From: an uncultured delta proteobacterium
GTDB lineage: Bacteria; Desulfobacterota; Desulfomonilia; UBA1062
Assembly (NCBI GenBank): GCA_963798485.1
Contig: CAWCTR010000022.1
Location: 49,454 to 113,453 of the forward strand
Reading direction: 5' to 3'
Length of the DNA: 64,000 nt
Positions 7,433-17,914 of this stretch are shown one piece after another (position 1 is the first letter of the stretch; every line of letters starts with the position of its first letter). A program made the translations under genes and the position numbers. The notes beneath the pieces were generated by a model. It saw only the letters and a list, made by a program, of their open reading frames with translations, did no database searches and had not been told where the DNA came from.

Positions 7433-8661
7433 AGGGCGCTCCTCGGCTTGTCGAGCTCAAAGGCCTCGTGAAGAACACGCACGCCGAGCTCGATGAATTT
7501 TTCATCAATAACGCAGGATACCTTTATCTCGGAGGTGGATATCATCTGGATGTTGATCCCCACATCGGACAATGTCTGGAACATCTTGGAAGCGACACCG
7601 GCATGGGATCTCATGCCAACGCCTACAATGGACAGCTTGGCGATGGAAGGGTCGCCCGCAACATCACGGGCCCCCATCTCGCCTGCAAGATGCCTGACGA
7701 TCCCAAGGGCCTTTTCAAAGTCGGTCTTGGTGACCGTGAAGCTCATATCCGCAAGCCTTCCGTCTGCTGAGACGTTTTGGATGATCATATCCACATTGAT
7801 GCCCTTTTCCGACAGGGGGGAAAAGATCTTTGCCGCTACACCGGGTTTATCCTGAACGCCTAAGATGGTAATCTTGGCCTCGTTCTTGTCATACGTAATG
7901 CCTGATAGAACCTCTTTCTCCATCTCATTATCCTCCAGGGTGGTAAGGGTCCCTCCTTCATCCGAGAAGGTGCTCTTCACCAGTATGGGAATATTGTATT
8001 TCTTGGCGAACTCCACTGAACGGGTCTGAAGGACCTTGGCGCCTAACGATGCCATCTCGAGCATCTCGTCATAGGATATCTTATTGAGCCGCCTCGCCCT
8101 CTCGCATATGTTGGGATCGCAGGTGTATACCCCATCCACATCGGTGTAGATCTCGCAAACCTCTGCGCCCAGCACTGCGGCCAGAGCGACGGCCGACGTG
8201 TCCGACCCGCCTCTGCCGAGTGTTGTGATATCCTGGTTAAGAGTGATTCCCTGGAACCCGGCTACAACCGCCACCTCTTTCGCCTCAAAGGCCTTTTTCA
8301 GTGCACTTGCATCTATGTCGAGGATACGCGCCTTCATGAATGCGTCATCGGTCTTGATCCCGATCTGAAAACCCAAGAGCGAGCGTGCGGGAATACCTAG
8401 GTCCTTGAGCGCCATGGCAAGCAGGCCGATCGTAACCTGCTCGCCTGTGGAAACGATGACATCCATCTCCCTCGGGTCAGGTGAAGGGGAAAGCTCCTTA
8501 GCGAGCCTGATGAGCCTGTCCGTCTCTCCTGACATGGCGGAAACAACCACTACTACATCGTTGCCTTCACGATACCTCTTGGCAACCTTGCCTGCCACGA
8601 ACTTTATCTTTTCCAGAGAGCCGACGGAGGTCCCGCCATATTTTTGAACAATTAAACCCAT
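7429..8661 (-). CDS. lysC: aspartate kinase
   Basis: 410 aa. N-terminus MGLIVQKYGGTSVGS, GRGGSDTSAVALA, and two C-terminal ACT domains. Confidence 0.9.
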   Translation of the reverse strand: MGLIVQKYGGTSVGSLEKIKFVAGKVAKRYREGNDVVVVVSAMSGETDRLIRLAKELSPSPDPREMDVIVSTGEQVTIGLLAMALKDLGIPARSLLGFQIGIKTDDAFMKARILDIDASALKKAFEAKEVAVVAGFQGITLNQDITTLGRGGSDTSAVALAAVLGAEVCEIYTDVDGVYTCDPNICERARRLNKISYDEMLEMASLGAKVLQTRSVEFAKKYNIPILVKSTFSDEGGTLTTLEDNEMEKEVLSGITYDKNEAKITILGVQDKPGVAAKIFSPLSEKGINVDMIIQNVSADGRLADMSFTVTKTDFEKALGIVRHLAGEMGARDVAGDPSIAKLSIVGVGMRSHAGVASKMFQTLSDVGINIQMISTSEIKVSCVIDEKFIELGVRVLHEAFELDKPRSAL

Positions 8662-8662
8662 A

Positions 8663-9136
8663 TCAATTTACCTCTGTACGCCCCCGTATGTTGGTAAGGT
8701 CACTGATCCATGGGAGTTGTGTTGAGATGGTGATCTCCCTTTTATGCTCACCTGCATGATCGATAGTGATATCAACGGTTGTGCCTAAAAAAAAGCCGCA
8801 CGCACGCCCAGCCCATTCGACAATGATGACATGATCCGTGTCCATGAAGTCTTCAAGCCCGAGATTTCCTATCTCTTCAGAGTCTAGCCTATAAAGATCT
8901 ACATGGATTATGTCAAGCCTTGCATTGTACAGGTTCACCAGGGTGAAGCTTGGGCTGACCACTGTCACCTGAGCATAGGGGTCTATGCCTTTGACAATGC
9001 CCTTGGTGAGCAGCGTCTTGCCTGCACCTAACGCGCCACCCAGCCCGATGATCTCTCCGCCTGTGAGTCGAGAGCCTATATGTGTCCCGAGCGAATAGGT
9101 CTCTTCAGGGGAGTTCGAGATGAAGTCGTGTCTCAT
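8663..9136 (-). CDS. tsaE: tRNA t6A biosynthesis ATPase TsaE
   Basis: P-loop GALGAGKTLLTKG, SPSFTLVNLY, HVDLYRL and IIVEW. ATG 9136 was chosen because it forms an ATGA overlap with the acpS stop; the tracked ORF extends to 9169. Confidence 0.85.
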   Translation of the reverse strand: MRHDFISNSPEETYSLGTHIGSRLTGGEIIGLGGALGAGKTLLTKGIVKGIDPYAQVTVVSPSFTLVNLYNARLDIIHVDLYRLDSEEIGNLGLEDFMDTDHVIIVEWAGRACGFFLGTTVDITIDHAGEHKREITISTQLPWISDLTNIRGRTEVN

Positions 9137-9510
9137 ATGCCCTCTAGAATCACGACTGCTACGGCGCAACCCTTGTCGTGAGATATGCTTACATGGTGTT
9201 TCACCACGTCCAAGCGGTGTGAGAGTTCATGGGCCTTACCTGATAGCGTCAGTTGCGGGGCCCCATCTTTCATATCTATGGTGATGTCCTTAAAGGGGAC
9301 GCCTGAGGATCTCCCGGCAGAAAGCGCCTTGAAGGCAGCCTCTTTTACGGCAAACCTCCCGGCAAGGCATGTTGCGGAATCGTATCTCTTCATGCAGTAG
9401 GTTATTTCATCCAAGGAAAAGACCCGCTCAAGGAAACGCCTGCCGTATTTTTGTAAAAGGGCGTTGATGCGGGAGATATCGACGATATCAATGCCGATCC
9501 CAATGACCAC
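9133..9510 (-). CDS. acpS: holo-[acyl-carrier-protein] synthase
   Basis: 125 aa with MVIGIGIDIVDISRI and FAVKEAAFKAL. Confidence 0.9.
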   Translation of the reverse strand: MVIGIGIDIVDISRINALLQKYGRRFLERVFSLDEITYCMKRYDSATCLAGRFAVKEAAFKALSAGRSSGVPFKDITIDMKDGAPQLTLSGKAHELSHRLDVVKHHVSISHDKGCAVAVVILEGI

Positions 9511-10728
9511 TTATGCCCCCATAACGGCCCGGATAACCGAACGCACCCTGCGTGCATGCATGCAGTTATGGACGCGCACCAGATCTACGCCACCTAGCGC
9601 GGCCCAGGCGGTAATTGTATCGGTTCCTTCTTCGCGTTGATCAATAGTGCAATCAAGGATCGTGCCGATAAACGATTTTTTCGAGTGACCTGCCATGATG
9701 GGCACGTGAAGTGACTTGAACTCGGAAATGTGACGCATGATGGAGAGGTTTCCCTGAAGGTCTTTGCCGAAACCAAGCCCAGGGTCTGCAATGATGGACT
9801 CAGGAGAGATCCCTGCAGAAAGGCATGCCTCGATGCGTTCGTCGAGGAAGGCGTATATCTCGCCGATAATGTCTTTATAGATCGTATTGTCCTGCATGGT
9901 CTTTGGCGTACCCCGCATGTGCATGAGGATAACCCCGCATCCGATCTCACGGACGAGGTCCATCATATCAGGGTCGCCCCTAAGCGCACTGATATCATTG
10001 ATTATGGTGGCGCCTTCATGAAGGGCCGCCCGGGCCACTGCGGCCTTGGTGGTATCGATGCTGATGGGGATAGTAAGAGTTGAGGCCAGCTCTTTGATGA
10101 TAGGGGCTATTCTTGAGGTTTCCTCCTTAGCATCCACGCTCAGAGATCCCGGCCTGGATGATTCACCCCCCACATCAATGATTTCGGCGCCTTGCCTTGC
10201 CATCTCCAGGGCATGTCGGAGCGCCGTGCCGGGGTCAAGGTATTTCCCTCCATCGGAAAAGGAATCGGGTGTCACATTCAGGATTCCCATGATGACCGGT
10301 AATTCCGTCCACTGATGGCCTTTGCCGCAGAGGTTGAGTTTCAATGGCCCATTCTCAGAGAACACCTGTTCACGGATACTCTGCGCCAGTGGTTCCAGAC
10401 CCTCCTGAAGCATGAGTTTGTCCGCCAGGAGTTTGAAGTGCCTTAGGTCACCCATGATCACGCAGTCCGAGGTTTCCACCTTTCCTGAGATCACATGCCT
10501 ATGGACTGCTACATCGCCGCCTATGGAGAGCATGCCCTGCTTGATGATGTTGGCTGCGTAGAGCTTTACCCCCTGAACCAAGAGGTTTACATGATTGAGC
10601 TTAGGAACCAGATAGGCCAGCGAGGCCGGATCGACGCCGCAAGAGAGCAGGATGCCCTCATCCGCATCATAGATCCGCCTAGCTTGCGGCAGCCCCTTCC
10701 TGGACGATCTTGTCGATCTCTGCGCCAT
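9511..10728 (-). CDS. folP: dihydropteroate synthase with an N-terminal extension of about 145 aa
   Basis: The pterin-binding core starts at [14 protein letters not shown] (about aa 148), followed by [12 protein letters not shown]. Conserved ftsH-folP synteny. ATG 10728 overlaps the ftsH 3' end by 50 nt. Confidence 0.85.
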   Translation of the reverse strand: MAQRSTRSSRKGLPQARRIYDADEGILLSCGVDPASLAYLVPKLNHVNLLVQGVKLYAANIIKQGMLSIGGDVAVHRHVISGKVETSDCVIMGDLRHFKLLADKLMLQEGLEPLAQSIREQVFSENGPLKLNLCGKGHQWTELPVIMGILNVTPDSFSDGGKYLDPGTALRHALEMARQGAEIIDVGGESSRPGSLSVDAKEETSRIAPIIKELASTLTIPISIDTTKAAVARAALHEGATIINDISALRGDPDMMDLVREIGCGVILMHMRGTPKTMQDNTIYKDIIGEIYAFLDERIEACLSAGISPESIIADPGLGFGKDLQGNLSIMRHISEFKSLHVPIMAGHSKKSFIGTILDCTIDQREEGTDTITAWAALGGVDLVRVHNCMHARRVRSVIRAVMGA

Positions 10729-12496
10729 CGATGACCTCTTTCTCCAGCAGGGTCTGGGCTATCTTGTGAAGGATGTCGAGGTTGTCCTCAACAATCCCTT
10801 TCGTCTTATTATAGCAGTCCATAATGATCGTCTTCACCTCTTCGTCGATCTTCTGGGCGGTCAGTTCACTGTAGTCGACCCGCTTGGAGATCTCTCTGCC
10901 CAAAAAGATCTCCTGCTCTACTTTGCCGAAACTCAAGGGCCCCAGCGAACTCATGCCCCATTCGGTGACCATGTGTCTGGCCATATCGGTGGCCCGCTCG
11001 ATATCGTTTCCTGCGCCGGTAGTCAGACATCCGAGGACCAGCTCTTCGGAAACCCTGCCGCCCATGAGAACGGAGATGGTGGCAAGCAGAAACTCCTTGC
11101 TGTAAGTGTGCCTGTCATCAATGGGGAGCTGCTGGGTAATGCCCATGGCTCGTCCCCTAGGGATGATGCTTACCTTGTAAACAGGGTCTGCATTCGGCAG
11201 CTTCTTGGCTACCAGGGCATGACCAGCCTCATGGTAGGCGGTGGTCTTCTTCTCCTCTTCCGAGATCACCATGCTCTTGCGCTCCACGCCCATAAGGACC
11301 TTGTCCTTGGCCTGCTCCATGTCTTTCATCATTACCTTTGTCCGTGTTTTGCGGGCGGCAAGGAGCGCTGACTCATTTACGAGATTGGATAGATCGGCCC
11401 CTGAAAAACCGGGTGTGGCCTTGGCAAGTATTGCCAGATTTACATCATCGGCCATAGGTATATTACGAGTATGTACCTTGAGGATGCCCTCTCTGCCTTT
11501 TACATCGGGGAATGCAACTATTACCTGGCGATCGAATCTCCCCGGACGGAGAAGGGCCGGGTCCAAGACGTCCGGACGATTTGTAGCCGCCATGAGGATG
11601 ACGCCCTCGTTTGATTCGAAACCATCCATCTCTACGAGGAGCTGGTTCAGGGTCTGCTCGCGCTCATCGTGGCCGCCGCCGAGACCGGCCCCCCTGTGCC
11701 TGCCCACGGCATCGATCTCATCGATAAAGATAATGCACGGGGCATGTTGTTTGCCCTGTGCAAAGAGGTCCCTCACGCGGGATGCGCCCACACCTACGAA
11801 CATCTCGACAAAATCGGATCCGGACATGCTGAAGAAGGGAACGCCTGCTTCACCCGCAACGGCCTTTGCCAGCAGGGTTTTGCCTGTCCCTGGGGGTCCT
11901 AGGAGCAGCACCCCTTTTGGTATCCGGCCTCCCAGCGTGGTGAATCGCTTGGGCTCCTTGAGGAATTCGATGATCTCCTCCAACTCCTCCTTTGCCTCAT
12001 CCACGCCTGCCACATCAACAAAGGTGACCTTCATCTTGTCCTGGGTCATGAGCCTGGCTTTGCTCCTGCCAAAGCTCATGGCCTTGGTCCCTCCGGTTTG
12101 CATCTGTCTCATGAACAGGACCCAGACTCCGATGAGCAACAGCATTGGTATCCATGAGATGAGCGCAGAGAGATACCAGGGAGATTCATCCTTTGGTTTG
12201 GCTATGATGGAGACATTCTTTGCCGTAAGACGCTCCACAAGTTTAGGATCATCCGGGGTATAGCTGTCAAAGAGCTTTCCGGTTACCAGCACCCCCTTGA
12301 TTTCATTGCCCTGGATGGTGACTTCTTTTAATTCGCCTTTATCCAAGACCTTGAGGAACTCGCTGAAGGATAGGGTGGAGGTCTGTTTTGCGGGCTGATT
12401 GAAAAGGTGGAAGAGCATCACCCCGATAAGGGCGATGACCACCCACAACGCCACGGTCTTAATCATGCTGGTGTTTGAGTTCATGAGAGGACTCAC
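10679..12496 (-). CDS. ftsH: ATP-dependent zinc metalloprotease FtsH
   Basis: 605 aa with two N-terminal TM segments. Walker [14 protein letters not shown], Walker [12 protein letters not shown] region, and zinc site HEAGHAL. Confidence 0.95.
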   Translation of the reverse strand: MSPLMNSNTSMIKTVALWVVIALIGVMLFHLFNQPAKQTSTLSFSEFLKVLDKGELKEVTIQGNEIKGVLVTGKLFDSYTPDDPKLVERLTAKNVSIIAKPKDESPWYLSALISWIPMLLLIGVWVLFMRQMQTGGTKAMSFGRSKARLMTQDKMKVTFVDVAGVDEAKEELEEIIEFLKEPKRFTTLGGRIPKGVLLLGPPGTGKTLLAKAVAGEAGVPFFSMSGSDFVEMFVGVGASRVRDLFAQGKQHAPCIIFIDEIDAVGRHRGAGLGGGHDEREQTLNQLLVEMDGFESNEGVILMAATNRPDVLDPALLRPGRFDRQVIVAFPDVKGREGILKVHTRNIPMADDVNLAILAKATPGFSGADLSNLVNESALLAARKTRTKVMMKDMEQAKDKVLMGVERKSMVISEEEKKTTAYHEAGHALVAKKLPNADPVYKVSIIPRGRAMGITQQLPIDDRHTYSKEFLLATISVLMGGRVSEELVLGCLTTGAGNDIERATDMARHMVTEWGMSSLGPLSFGKVEQEIFLGREISKRVDYSELTAQKIDEEVKTIIMDCYNKTKGIVEDNLDILHKIAQTLLEKEVIDGAEIDKIVQEGAAAS

Positions 12497-13146
12497 TGTT
12501 TTGCATTCAGCTTCGCTGATGGTGAGGTTCCAAGAGAGGCCAGCAAGGTTTTGGCCATCTCGGAATAGTTTTCAGAAACGGCGCTTAAACATTGTCTCGC
12601 CTCACCACCTTTCCCGAGCGCAATCAATGCATTGGCCTTAAGGAACAGGGCCTGATCCTTAAGGTCTTTGGATGCGCTCTCGATACAGGTATCCAGTATG
12701 GGCAGGGCCTTGGCAGGCTCATTTTGCTGTATGTATGCACTGGCGGTTAAAAGGATAGCCTGCCAGTGGAATGCATCCTTGCCTGCCCATTTGTTAATGA
12801 ACTCATCTGCATAAGCCAGGGCCATCTTCTGGTTACCTTGCTCTAAAGACATTCGGGCCAGTCTCAATTTGGCGAGCTTGCCGGCCTTTGTATCGGAATA
12901 CTCCTGGGCGACCTGAAGAGACATCTGGGAATTATTGGAAGCCCTCATGTATGCATTCATTCCGTCGAGCTCCCTGTTGGTCTTCCAGTAGTAAACCCCA
13001 TATCCTCCAGCCAAGATGCAAACAAGGGCAACCGCACCGATGATGAATTGCTGCGGATGCTCTTTTATCCAGGCAAGTACGCTGCTTGTCGTGGTTATGA
13101 ATTCATCTGGTGTATTGAGTATGTCTTTGCGTGTTATTCGTGCCAT
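12493..13146 (-). CDS. YfgM-like membrane-anchored TPR-like protein
   Basis: 217 aa with a single TM ([21 protein letters not shown]) followed by TPR-like helices. Overlaps the ftsH start by 4 nt. Confidence 0.5.
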   Translation of the reverse strand: MARITRKDILNTPDEFITTTSSVLAWIKEHPQQFIIGAVALVCILAGGYGVYYWKTNRELDGMNAYMRASNNSQMSLQVAQEYSDTKAGKLAKLRLARMSLEQGNQKMALAYADEFINKWAGKDAFHWQAILLTASAYIQQNEPAKALPILDTCIESASKDLKDQALFLKANALIALGKGGEARQCLSAVSENYSEMAKTLLASLGTSPSAKLNAKQ

Positions 13147-13175
13147 GTATATTCAACCTCCGAGTAGATAGGAAG

Positions 13176-13205
13176 TATATAGTAATTCTAACAGGCGTAT
13201 GTCAA
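13176..13205 (-). promoter_or_regulatory. candidate sigma-70 promoter for the yfgM-like/ftsH operon
   Basis: The minus strand reads TTGACA, a 17-18 nt spacer, then CTATAT/TATATA, about 30 nt upstream of the ATG at 13146. Confidence 0.35.
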
Positions 13206-13230
13206 TTGTGTATTATCCTAAATTAAAGAT

Positions 13231-13265
13231 AAAAAGCCCCTGCACATATTGTGCAGGGGCTTTTT
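13231..13265. terminator. bidirectional rho-independent terminator after pilQ
   Basis: AAAAA-GCCCCTGCAC-ATATT-GTGCAGGGGC-TTTTT: a perfect 10-bp GC-rich stem flanked by A and T runs. Confidence 0.75.
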
Positions 13266-13305
13266 ATCTTTGTCATATTCTATCGGTATTGCCTTGGTTA
13301 ACTGA

Positions 13306-15168
13306 TCATTGCATGGCCACCGGCTCGAGGATCTGGGGAGTTATGAAGATCAGGAGCTCTGTCTTGCTTTTTGTTTTTTCTGCTCCCTTGAAGAGATAAC
13401 CTATTATAGGGAGATCGCCCAGGAAGGGGACCTTTTGAATATTATCCGTTTCCGATTCCTCAATAATGCCACCGATGACGGTTGTTTCACCATTCCTTAC
13501 CAATACTTCCGTTATTGCCTCACGGTTATCTATGGAGGGGTCACCCAGAGAGTTCTTGACGGAGCCGAGTGCATCGCGTTTTACGCTGATCTCCATGTTC
13601 ACGCTCCCGTCAAAGGCGATGCGAGGTGTCACATCGAGCTGGAGGTCTATGTCCTTCAGATCCGTAGAAAGCTGTCCTTCCTGGTTACGGACTATGTACG
13701 GATATTTTTGACCCTGTTTGATAGTCGCCTTTTTGTTGTCCATGGTGACAACCTTCGGTCTGGAGAGCACATTGATGCTACCCGTGGTCTCTCCGATGTC
13801 GAGACTCAGGTCAAGAGAGGCAGAGGTGTTGCCAAGCCGTCCTACGGTAACGCCGAAGCCTGCCGCCTGGTTGGTCGGGAAATTAACTGCCAGGCTTGGG
13901 GCAGGGATAAGCGTCGTCGTCGCTGTCTGCCATCCGGTTCCAGTTGCATTTATGGGACTCGTGAGAAAAGTACTGGTATTGGAGGTATTAGTACTAGCAT
14001 TGGTGTTCCCCCCTGAGAGGCCGAAAAGCCATTTACCGCTCTGATTATTTGTAGCGCCTCCCCACTGGATACCAAGACCCCTGGAGAAATTGTTGTCTGC
14101 CTGCACTATCCTGGCTGATATGAGGACCTGCGGGGTGGGTTTGTCCAGCCTCTTCACCATGGCGCTGATATCATCCACGCTCTTGCGGATGTCTTTGACA
14201 ATGAGCACATTGGTCCTGTTATCCGCAGTGATGTTACCGCGATCCGAAAGCAGCCCCACTTCCTTTCCTTTGATAGTAGAAGTGATCTCTGATGCCTTAG
14301 CGAAATTGACGGGGATAACCGAGGTGACCAGGGGCTCCAACTGCTCCAGGGTCTTTTTTGAGGCGAGTTGGCGCTCCTGGGCTTGCTTGATCTTATCCGC
14401 CGGTGCAATGCGCACTACATTGCCCATGGCCATCTTATCAAGGTCCTTACTTTCCAGGACCACATCCAGGGCCTGGTCCCACGGGATGTCCTTAAGCCTG
14501 ATGGTGATGGTTCCCTTGACTTCGTCCGAGGTCACAATATTGAGCCCGCTCACGTCAGCGATGATCCTTAAGATATTGTGAATGTCGGCGTTCTGGAAAT
14601 CCAGGGTGATCTTTTCACCTTTGTATTTGGGAGAGGTATCAGTGTTGATGATGTTGCTCTGGAAGGCGGGTTCCGGGGAAAGGCCTTTCACATAGGGCTG
14701 TTTGGAGGGTTCAGAGTATCCCGAGGTTTGAACAGACGCCGTAACCGTATCGAGAGCGACGGCCTTTACCGTTTGGACCTTGTTCTTGACCTCATCGGGG
14801 ATATCGAAGTCCATGATAAGGAGCTTGTTGTCCTGGGACACAAAGTAGGGGGTCATCTGCTTCATGGCGATATCAAAGACCACGTCCTCTTTGTCCTGTC
14901 TGGGAAGGATCTCCTGAATCGCTGTTGCAAACTCGGATGTGATATAAGGCCGTGCAAGGCGGTTCGGGATTTTCGCCTTGTTGATCCGCAGCACCACGCT
15001 GTTGCCTTCCCGGTTCACGTCGTAGGTGGCCGGTCCATCAAGGCTGATCTGGAGCCTTGATTTGTTCTCCACATTCATGAAGTCCACACTCTTAATGGTC
15101 AATCCGAATGCACAGTACGGCATGGCCAGCAATCCGATTATGAATACTAGGATGGTATGTTTCTTCAT
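13306..15168 (-). CDS. pilQ: type IV pilus secretin PilQ
   Basis: 620 aa with a signal peptide, an AMIN-like N-terminus and a C-terminal secretin domain (KVPFLGDLPIIGYLFK, LLIFITPQI). Last gene of pilMNOPQ. Confidence 0.9.
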   Translation of the reverse strand: MKKHTILVFIIGLLAMPYCAFGLTIKSVDFMNVENKSRLQISLDGPATYDVNREGNSVVLRINKAKIPNRLARPYITSEFATAIQEILPRQDKEDVVFDIAMKQMTPYFVSQDNKLLIMDFDIPDEVKNKVQTVKAVALDTVTASVQTSGYSEPSKQPYVKGLSPEPAFQSNIINTDTSPKYKGEKITLDFQNADIHNILRIIADVSGLNIVTSDEVKGTITIRLKDIPWDQALDVVLESKDLDKMAMGNVVRIAPADKIKQAQERQLASKKTLEQLEPLVTSVIPVNFAKASEITSTIKGKEVGLLSDRGNITADNRTNVLIVKDIRKSVDDISAMVKRLDKPTPQVLISARIVQADNNFSRGLGIQWGGATNNQSGKWLFGLSGGNTNASTNTSNTSTFLTSPINATGTGWQTATTTLIPAPSLAVNFPTNQAAGFGVTVGRLGNTSASLDLSLDIGETTGSINVLSRPKVVTMDNKKATIKQGQKYPYIVRNQEGQLSTDLKDIDLQLDVTPRIAFDGSVNMEISVKRDALGSVKNSLGDPSIDNREAITEVLVRNGETTVIGGIIEESETDNIQKVPFLGDLPIIGYLFKGAEKTKSKTELLIFITPQILEPVAMQ

Positions 15169-15169
15169 G

Positions 15170-15694
15170 CTACTTTACCCCCTCTTCCTTCTTGAGAGCC
15201 AATACAACTTCTCGGGTGGTTACGCGACCCATGTAGTCTTTGAAGTGTTGTTTAATGGTAATGCCGTCTTTTGCAACCTTTGTGACAATTCCATTATTTT
15301 CGCCGATAAGCGTGCCTTCGGTGATAATGTATCCCATTCCCGATGAATCCTGGATAAGGGCCCGGTTCTGTTTGGTGAGGATGATCCCGACGAGGTAAAT
15401 CTGCGAAATGGATATCCTCTGGAGCGCATCCGGACCCTTATCACCACCCTGGCCTATCTCACCCGGGTTGATACCCCCGAAGGGCTGGAAAGGATCACGG
15501 ACCCCGATTACTTGGTATTCCGGTTTCTTCTCTTCCTCCTGGACAAGCACCGGCGCAACCAGTTCAGCCTTCTTCTTAGTTGTGGGATGCAGGGGCTGAC
15601 CTGTTGTCCCTGTCGATGGCTGATTGCAGCCGGGCAAGGCGAAGAGCACTCCGATGAAAAGCACGATCAGGAAGGAATAGATAATTCTTTTCAT
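15170..15694 (-). CDS. pilP: type IV pilus assembly lipoprotein PilP
   Basis: 174 aa with lipobox LPGC and the expected position between pilO and pilQ. Confidence 0.7.
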   Translation of the reverse strand: MKRIIYSFLIVLFIGVLFALPGCNQPSTGTTGQPLHPTTKKKAELVAPVLVQEEEKKPEYQVIGVRDPFQPFGGINPGEIGQGGDKGPDALQRISISQIYLVGIILTKQNRALIQDSSGMGYIITEGTLIGENNGIVTKVAKDGITIKQHFKDYMGRVTTREVVLALKKEEGVK

Positions 15695-16308
15695 TTCTTC
15701 CCTCCTTTGTCTGAACCCACACCTGATGGTTCGGCCTTTGTCGTTTCAATGAACTTATAGGTAACTGCCTTGCAAGATGTGGACACCATCGTACCGCCTG
15801 CGGGGTCCTTTTTAGGGGTGCCTGTAGAGATGTCCAGGATGTTGACTATCCTGGGCATCTTGGAGACATTGTTAAAGAAGGTGACTATGTCACGATACTT
15901 CCCCTCAACCTGGATATCCACCGGGATCTCTGCGAAAAAGTTTTTGGCGACCTCGGGCAAGGGCTTGAAAAGCTTGAACTCCAATCCCGCTGCCGTACCC
16001 AGGGAGGAGACATTTTCCAGCAGTGTCGGTATTTCGCTTTTATCAGGGAGTTGTTTCAATGCGATGTATAGCTTGGCCCTGGTTTGCTCAAGCTCGGCAA
16101 GGTACCTGGCTTTTTCCTTTACGATCACCTTTTTGGCGGCAAGCTCGGACTTGAGTTGGTTCAACTCCGGCTCGATGGTCCTGATATCACTGAGCACGGG
16201 TTTGTAGAATACCTGCCAATAGATGCCGAGGATTGCGGCCAGGATGACCACGAGGACAAGCACCTTCAAAAGCGGCTTCTGTCGTAAGAGTATATCGATT
16301 ACATTCAT
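15691..16308 (-). CDS. pilO: type IV pilus assembly protein PilO
   Basis: 205 aa with an N-terminal TM plus coiled coil, and the expected synteny. Confidence 0.8.
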   Translation of the reverse strand: MNVIDILLRQKPLLKVLVLVVILAAILGIYWQVFYKPVLSDIRTIEPELNQLKSELAAKKVIVKEKARYLAELEQTRAKLYIALKQLPDKSEIPTLLENVSSLGTAAGLEFKLFKPLPEVAKNFFAEIPVDIQVEGKYRDIVTFFNNVSKMPRIVNILDISTGTPKKDPAGGTMVSTSCKAVTYKFIETTKAEPSGVGSDKGGKK

Positions 16309-16316
16309 AATCCACC

Positions 16317-16850
16317 TCAGGCTGACAACTTAATCTTGCACGTGATGGAGAACTTCTGTTTGCCCCCTTCTTGCTGAGAGAGCACAAGGGTCACATTATC
16401 GAAATGCTTGGATGCCTGAAGCTGTTTCATGAATGTGGCGATGGTCGTATTGTCCACTGCCTGACCTTCGAGCACCATGCTGTCACCATTGTTGCTCAGA
16501 GAGGTGAGCCATGCCTTATCGGGGATGATTGTGCTCAATTCGTCCAAGACTTCCACTGGTCCGGTCTTTTTGGCATTGAGGTCCTGGATTACATCGAGCT
16601 TTTTCTCCAGCTCCTGTTTTTGCTGCTTGAATTTCTCTATCTCGCCGGCTTCAGCCGTGAGCTTCTTGATCTCTACCTTTGTGGCTGCAACCTCCCTTAT
16701 AAGGGATTCCCTCTGTGATACTATAGTGGTCTGGATGAACCATTCAAAGATGAGCGTGAGAACGACACAGAGGCCAATAAGGACTATATGCTCCACCAGG
16801 GCCTTCTTCCTCAGTTCCAGCCGGATGGGTAACAGATTTATCTTTACCAT
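16317..16850 (-). CDS. pilN: type IV pilus assembly protein PilN
   Basis: 177 aa. Starts MVKINLLP, followed by a TM and coiled coil. Confidence 0.8.
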   Translation of the reverse strand: MVKINLLPIRLELRKKALVEHIVLIGLCVVLTLIFEWFIQTTIVSQRESLIREVAATKVEIKKLTAEAGEIEKFKQQKQELEKKLDVIQDLNAKKTGPVEVLDELSTIIPDKAWLTSLSNNGDSMVLEGQAVDNTTIATFMKQLQASKHFDNVTLVLSQQEGGKQKFSITCKIKLSA

Positions 16851-17902
16851 TTATAGTCGGCCCTCCTTAATGCAAGGCCCACGGCCACAGCCAACTGTGG
16901 TGCGATATAGGCCATATATTCCGGGTCAAACACCCTGTCGTCCCATTTAATATTATTAAAGGGATTGACCATCTCAACAGGGATCTCCATCTGTTTCTCC
17001 AGCAGCTTGATAAGTCCCGGTATCTTGCTGGATCCGCCACTCATGTAGATCTTCTCGATATTCTCATTGACCATGGTGGACAGGAAAAAGTCCAGTGTAC
17101 GCCTTATCTCCTGGACATAGGTTTCCGACGCCATCTTAAAGATGTAGTTGATTTTCTCAAGGTCAATGCCCTCGATGTTCGCCCCGGTCTTAATGTTCTC
17201 GGCCCGTTCGTAGCTCACGCCGAATTCGCGCTGGATTCTCTCGGTAAGCTGCCTGCCACCCATGGAGATGTCGCGGGCGAAGATCGACATGCCGTCTTTA
17301 ATGACGTTGATGTTGATCATGGAGGCGCCGGCATTCACGAGCGCCACAATAGATTCCGTAGCATCCGGGTAGTTAACTTCATACATACTCTCAAGGGAGA
17401 AGACGTCGATGTCCATGAGCATGGGTTTTAAGCCTGCGTTCTTTACGGCTGAAGAGTAATCATCAACCAATTCTCTCTTGGCGGCTACGATGAGCACATC
17501 CATCATGTCGGTGCGCTCCAGGCTCTCGCCCAAGATGAAGGAATCAAAATAGACATCGTTAATATCAAAGGGTATATACTGCTCGGCCTCAATGGGGAGT
17601 GTCTGTCTGAGCTCGGCTTCGCTCTGGAGGGGAAGCTCGGCCTTTTTCACAATGACGGAATGGCCGGATATTGCAGTAGCTGCGCCGCGGGACCGGACCT
17701 TCAGGTTTTCCCTAAGGTTCTTGATGGTATCCACCACGGTCTCAGAGTCCATAATATCCTTGTCCACGATACACTCGGCAGGGATCAGGCCAAGCCCTAA
17801 GGCCTTAAGATGGTAGCCGCTCCGTGTCTTGGCTATATCCACCATCTTGATGGATTGTGAGCCGATATCCAAACCCAGCAGATTCTTTTCAAAAAACATC
17901 AC
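16844..17902 (-). CDS. pilM: type IV pilus assembly ATPase-fold protein PilM
   Basis: 352 aa with an actin-like fold pattern (LGLDIGSQSIKMV, SGGSSKIPGL). Confidence 0.9.
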   Translation of the reverse strand: MMFFEKNLLGLDIGSQSIKMVDIAKTRSGYHLKALGLGLIPAECIVDKDIMDSETVVDTIKNLRENLKVRSRGAATAISGHSVIVKKAELPLQSEAELRQTLPIEAEQYIPFDINDVYFDSFILGESLERTDMMDVLIVAAKRELVDDYSSAVKNAGLKPMLMDIDVFSLESMYEVNYPDATESIVALVNAGASMININVIKDGMSIFARDISMGGRQLTERIQREFGVSYERAENIKTGANIEGIDLEKINYIFKMASETYVQEIRRTLDFFLSTMVNENIEKIYMSGGSSKIPGLIKLLEKQMEIPVEMVNPFNNIKWDDRVFDPEYMAYIAPQLAVAVGLALRRADYKW

Positions 17903-17914
17903 ACCACCCCGCGA

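Noticed and set aside
11241-12263. 340-aa ORF on the plus strand, opposite ftsH
   Set aside because: It is entirely antisense to a confidently identified, motif-rich gene. Its product is low-complexity (Ser/Pro/Arg-rich) with no motif. This is the typical shadow ORF of a mid/high-GC coding region.
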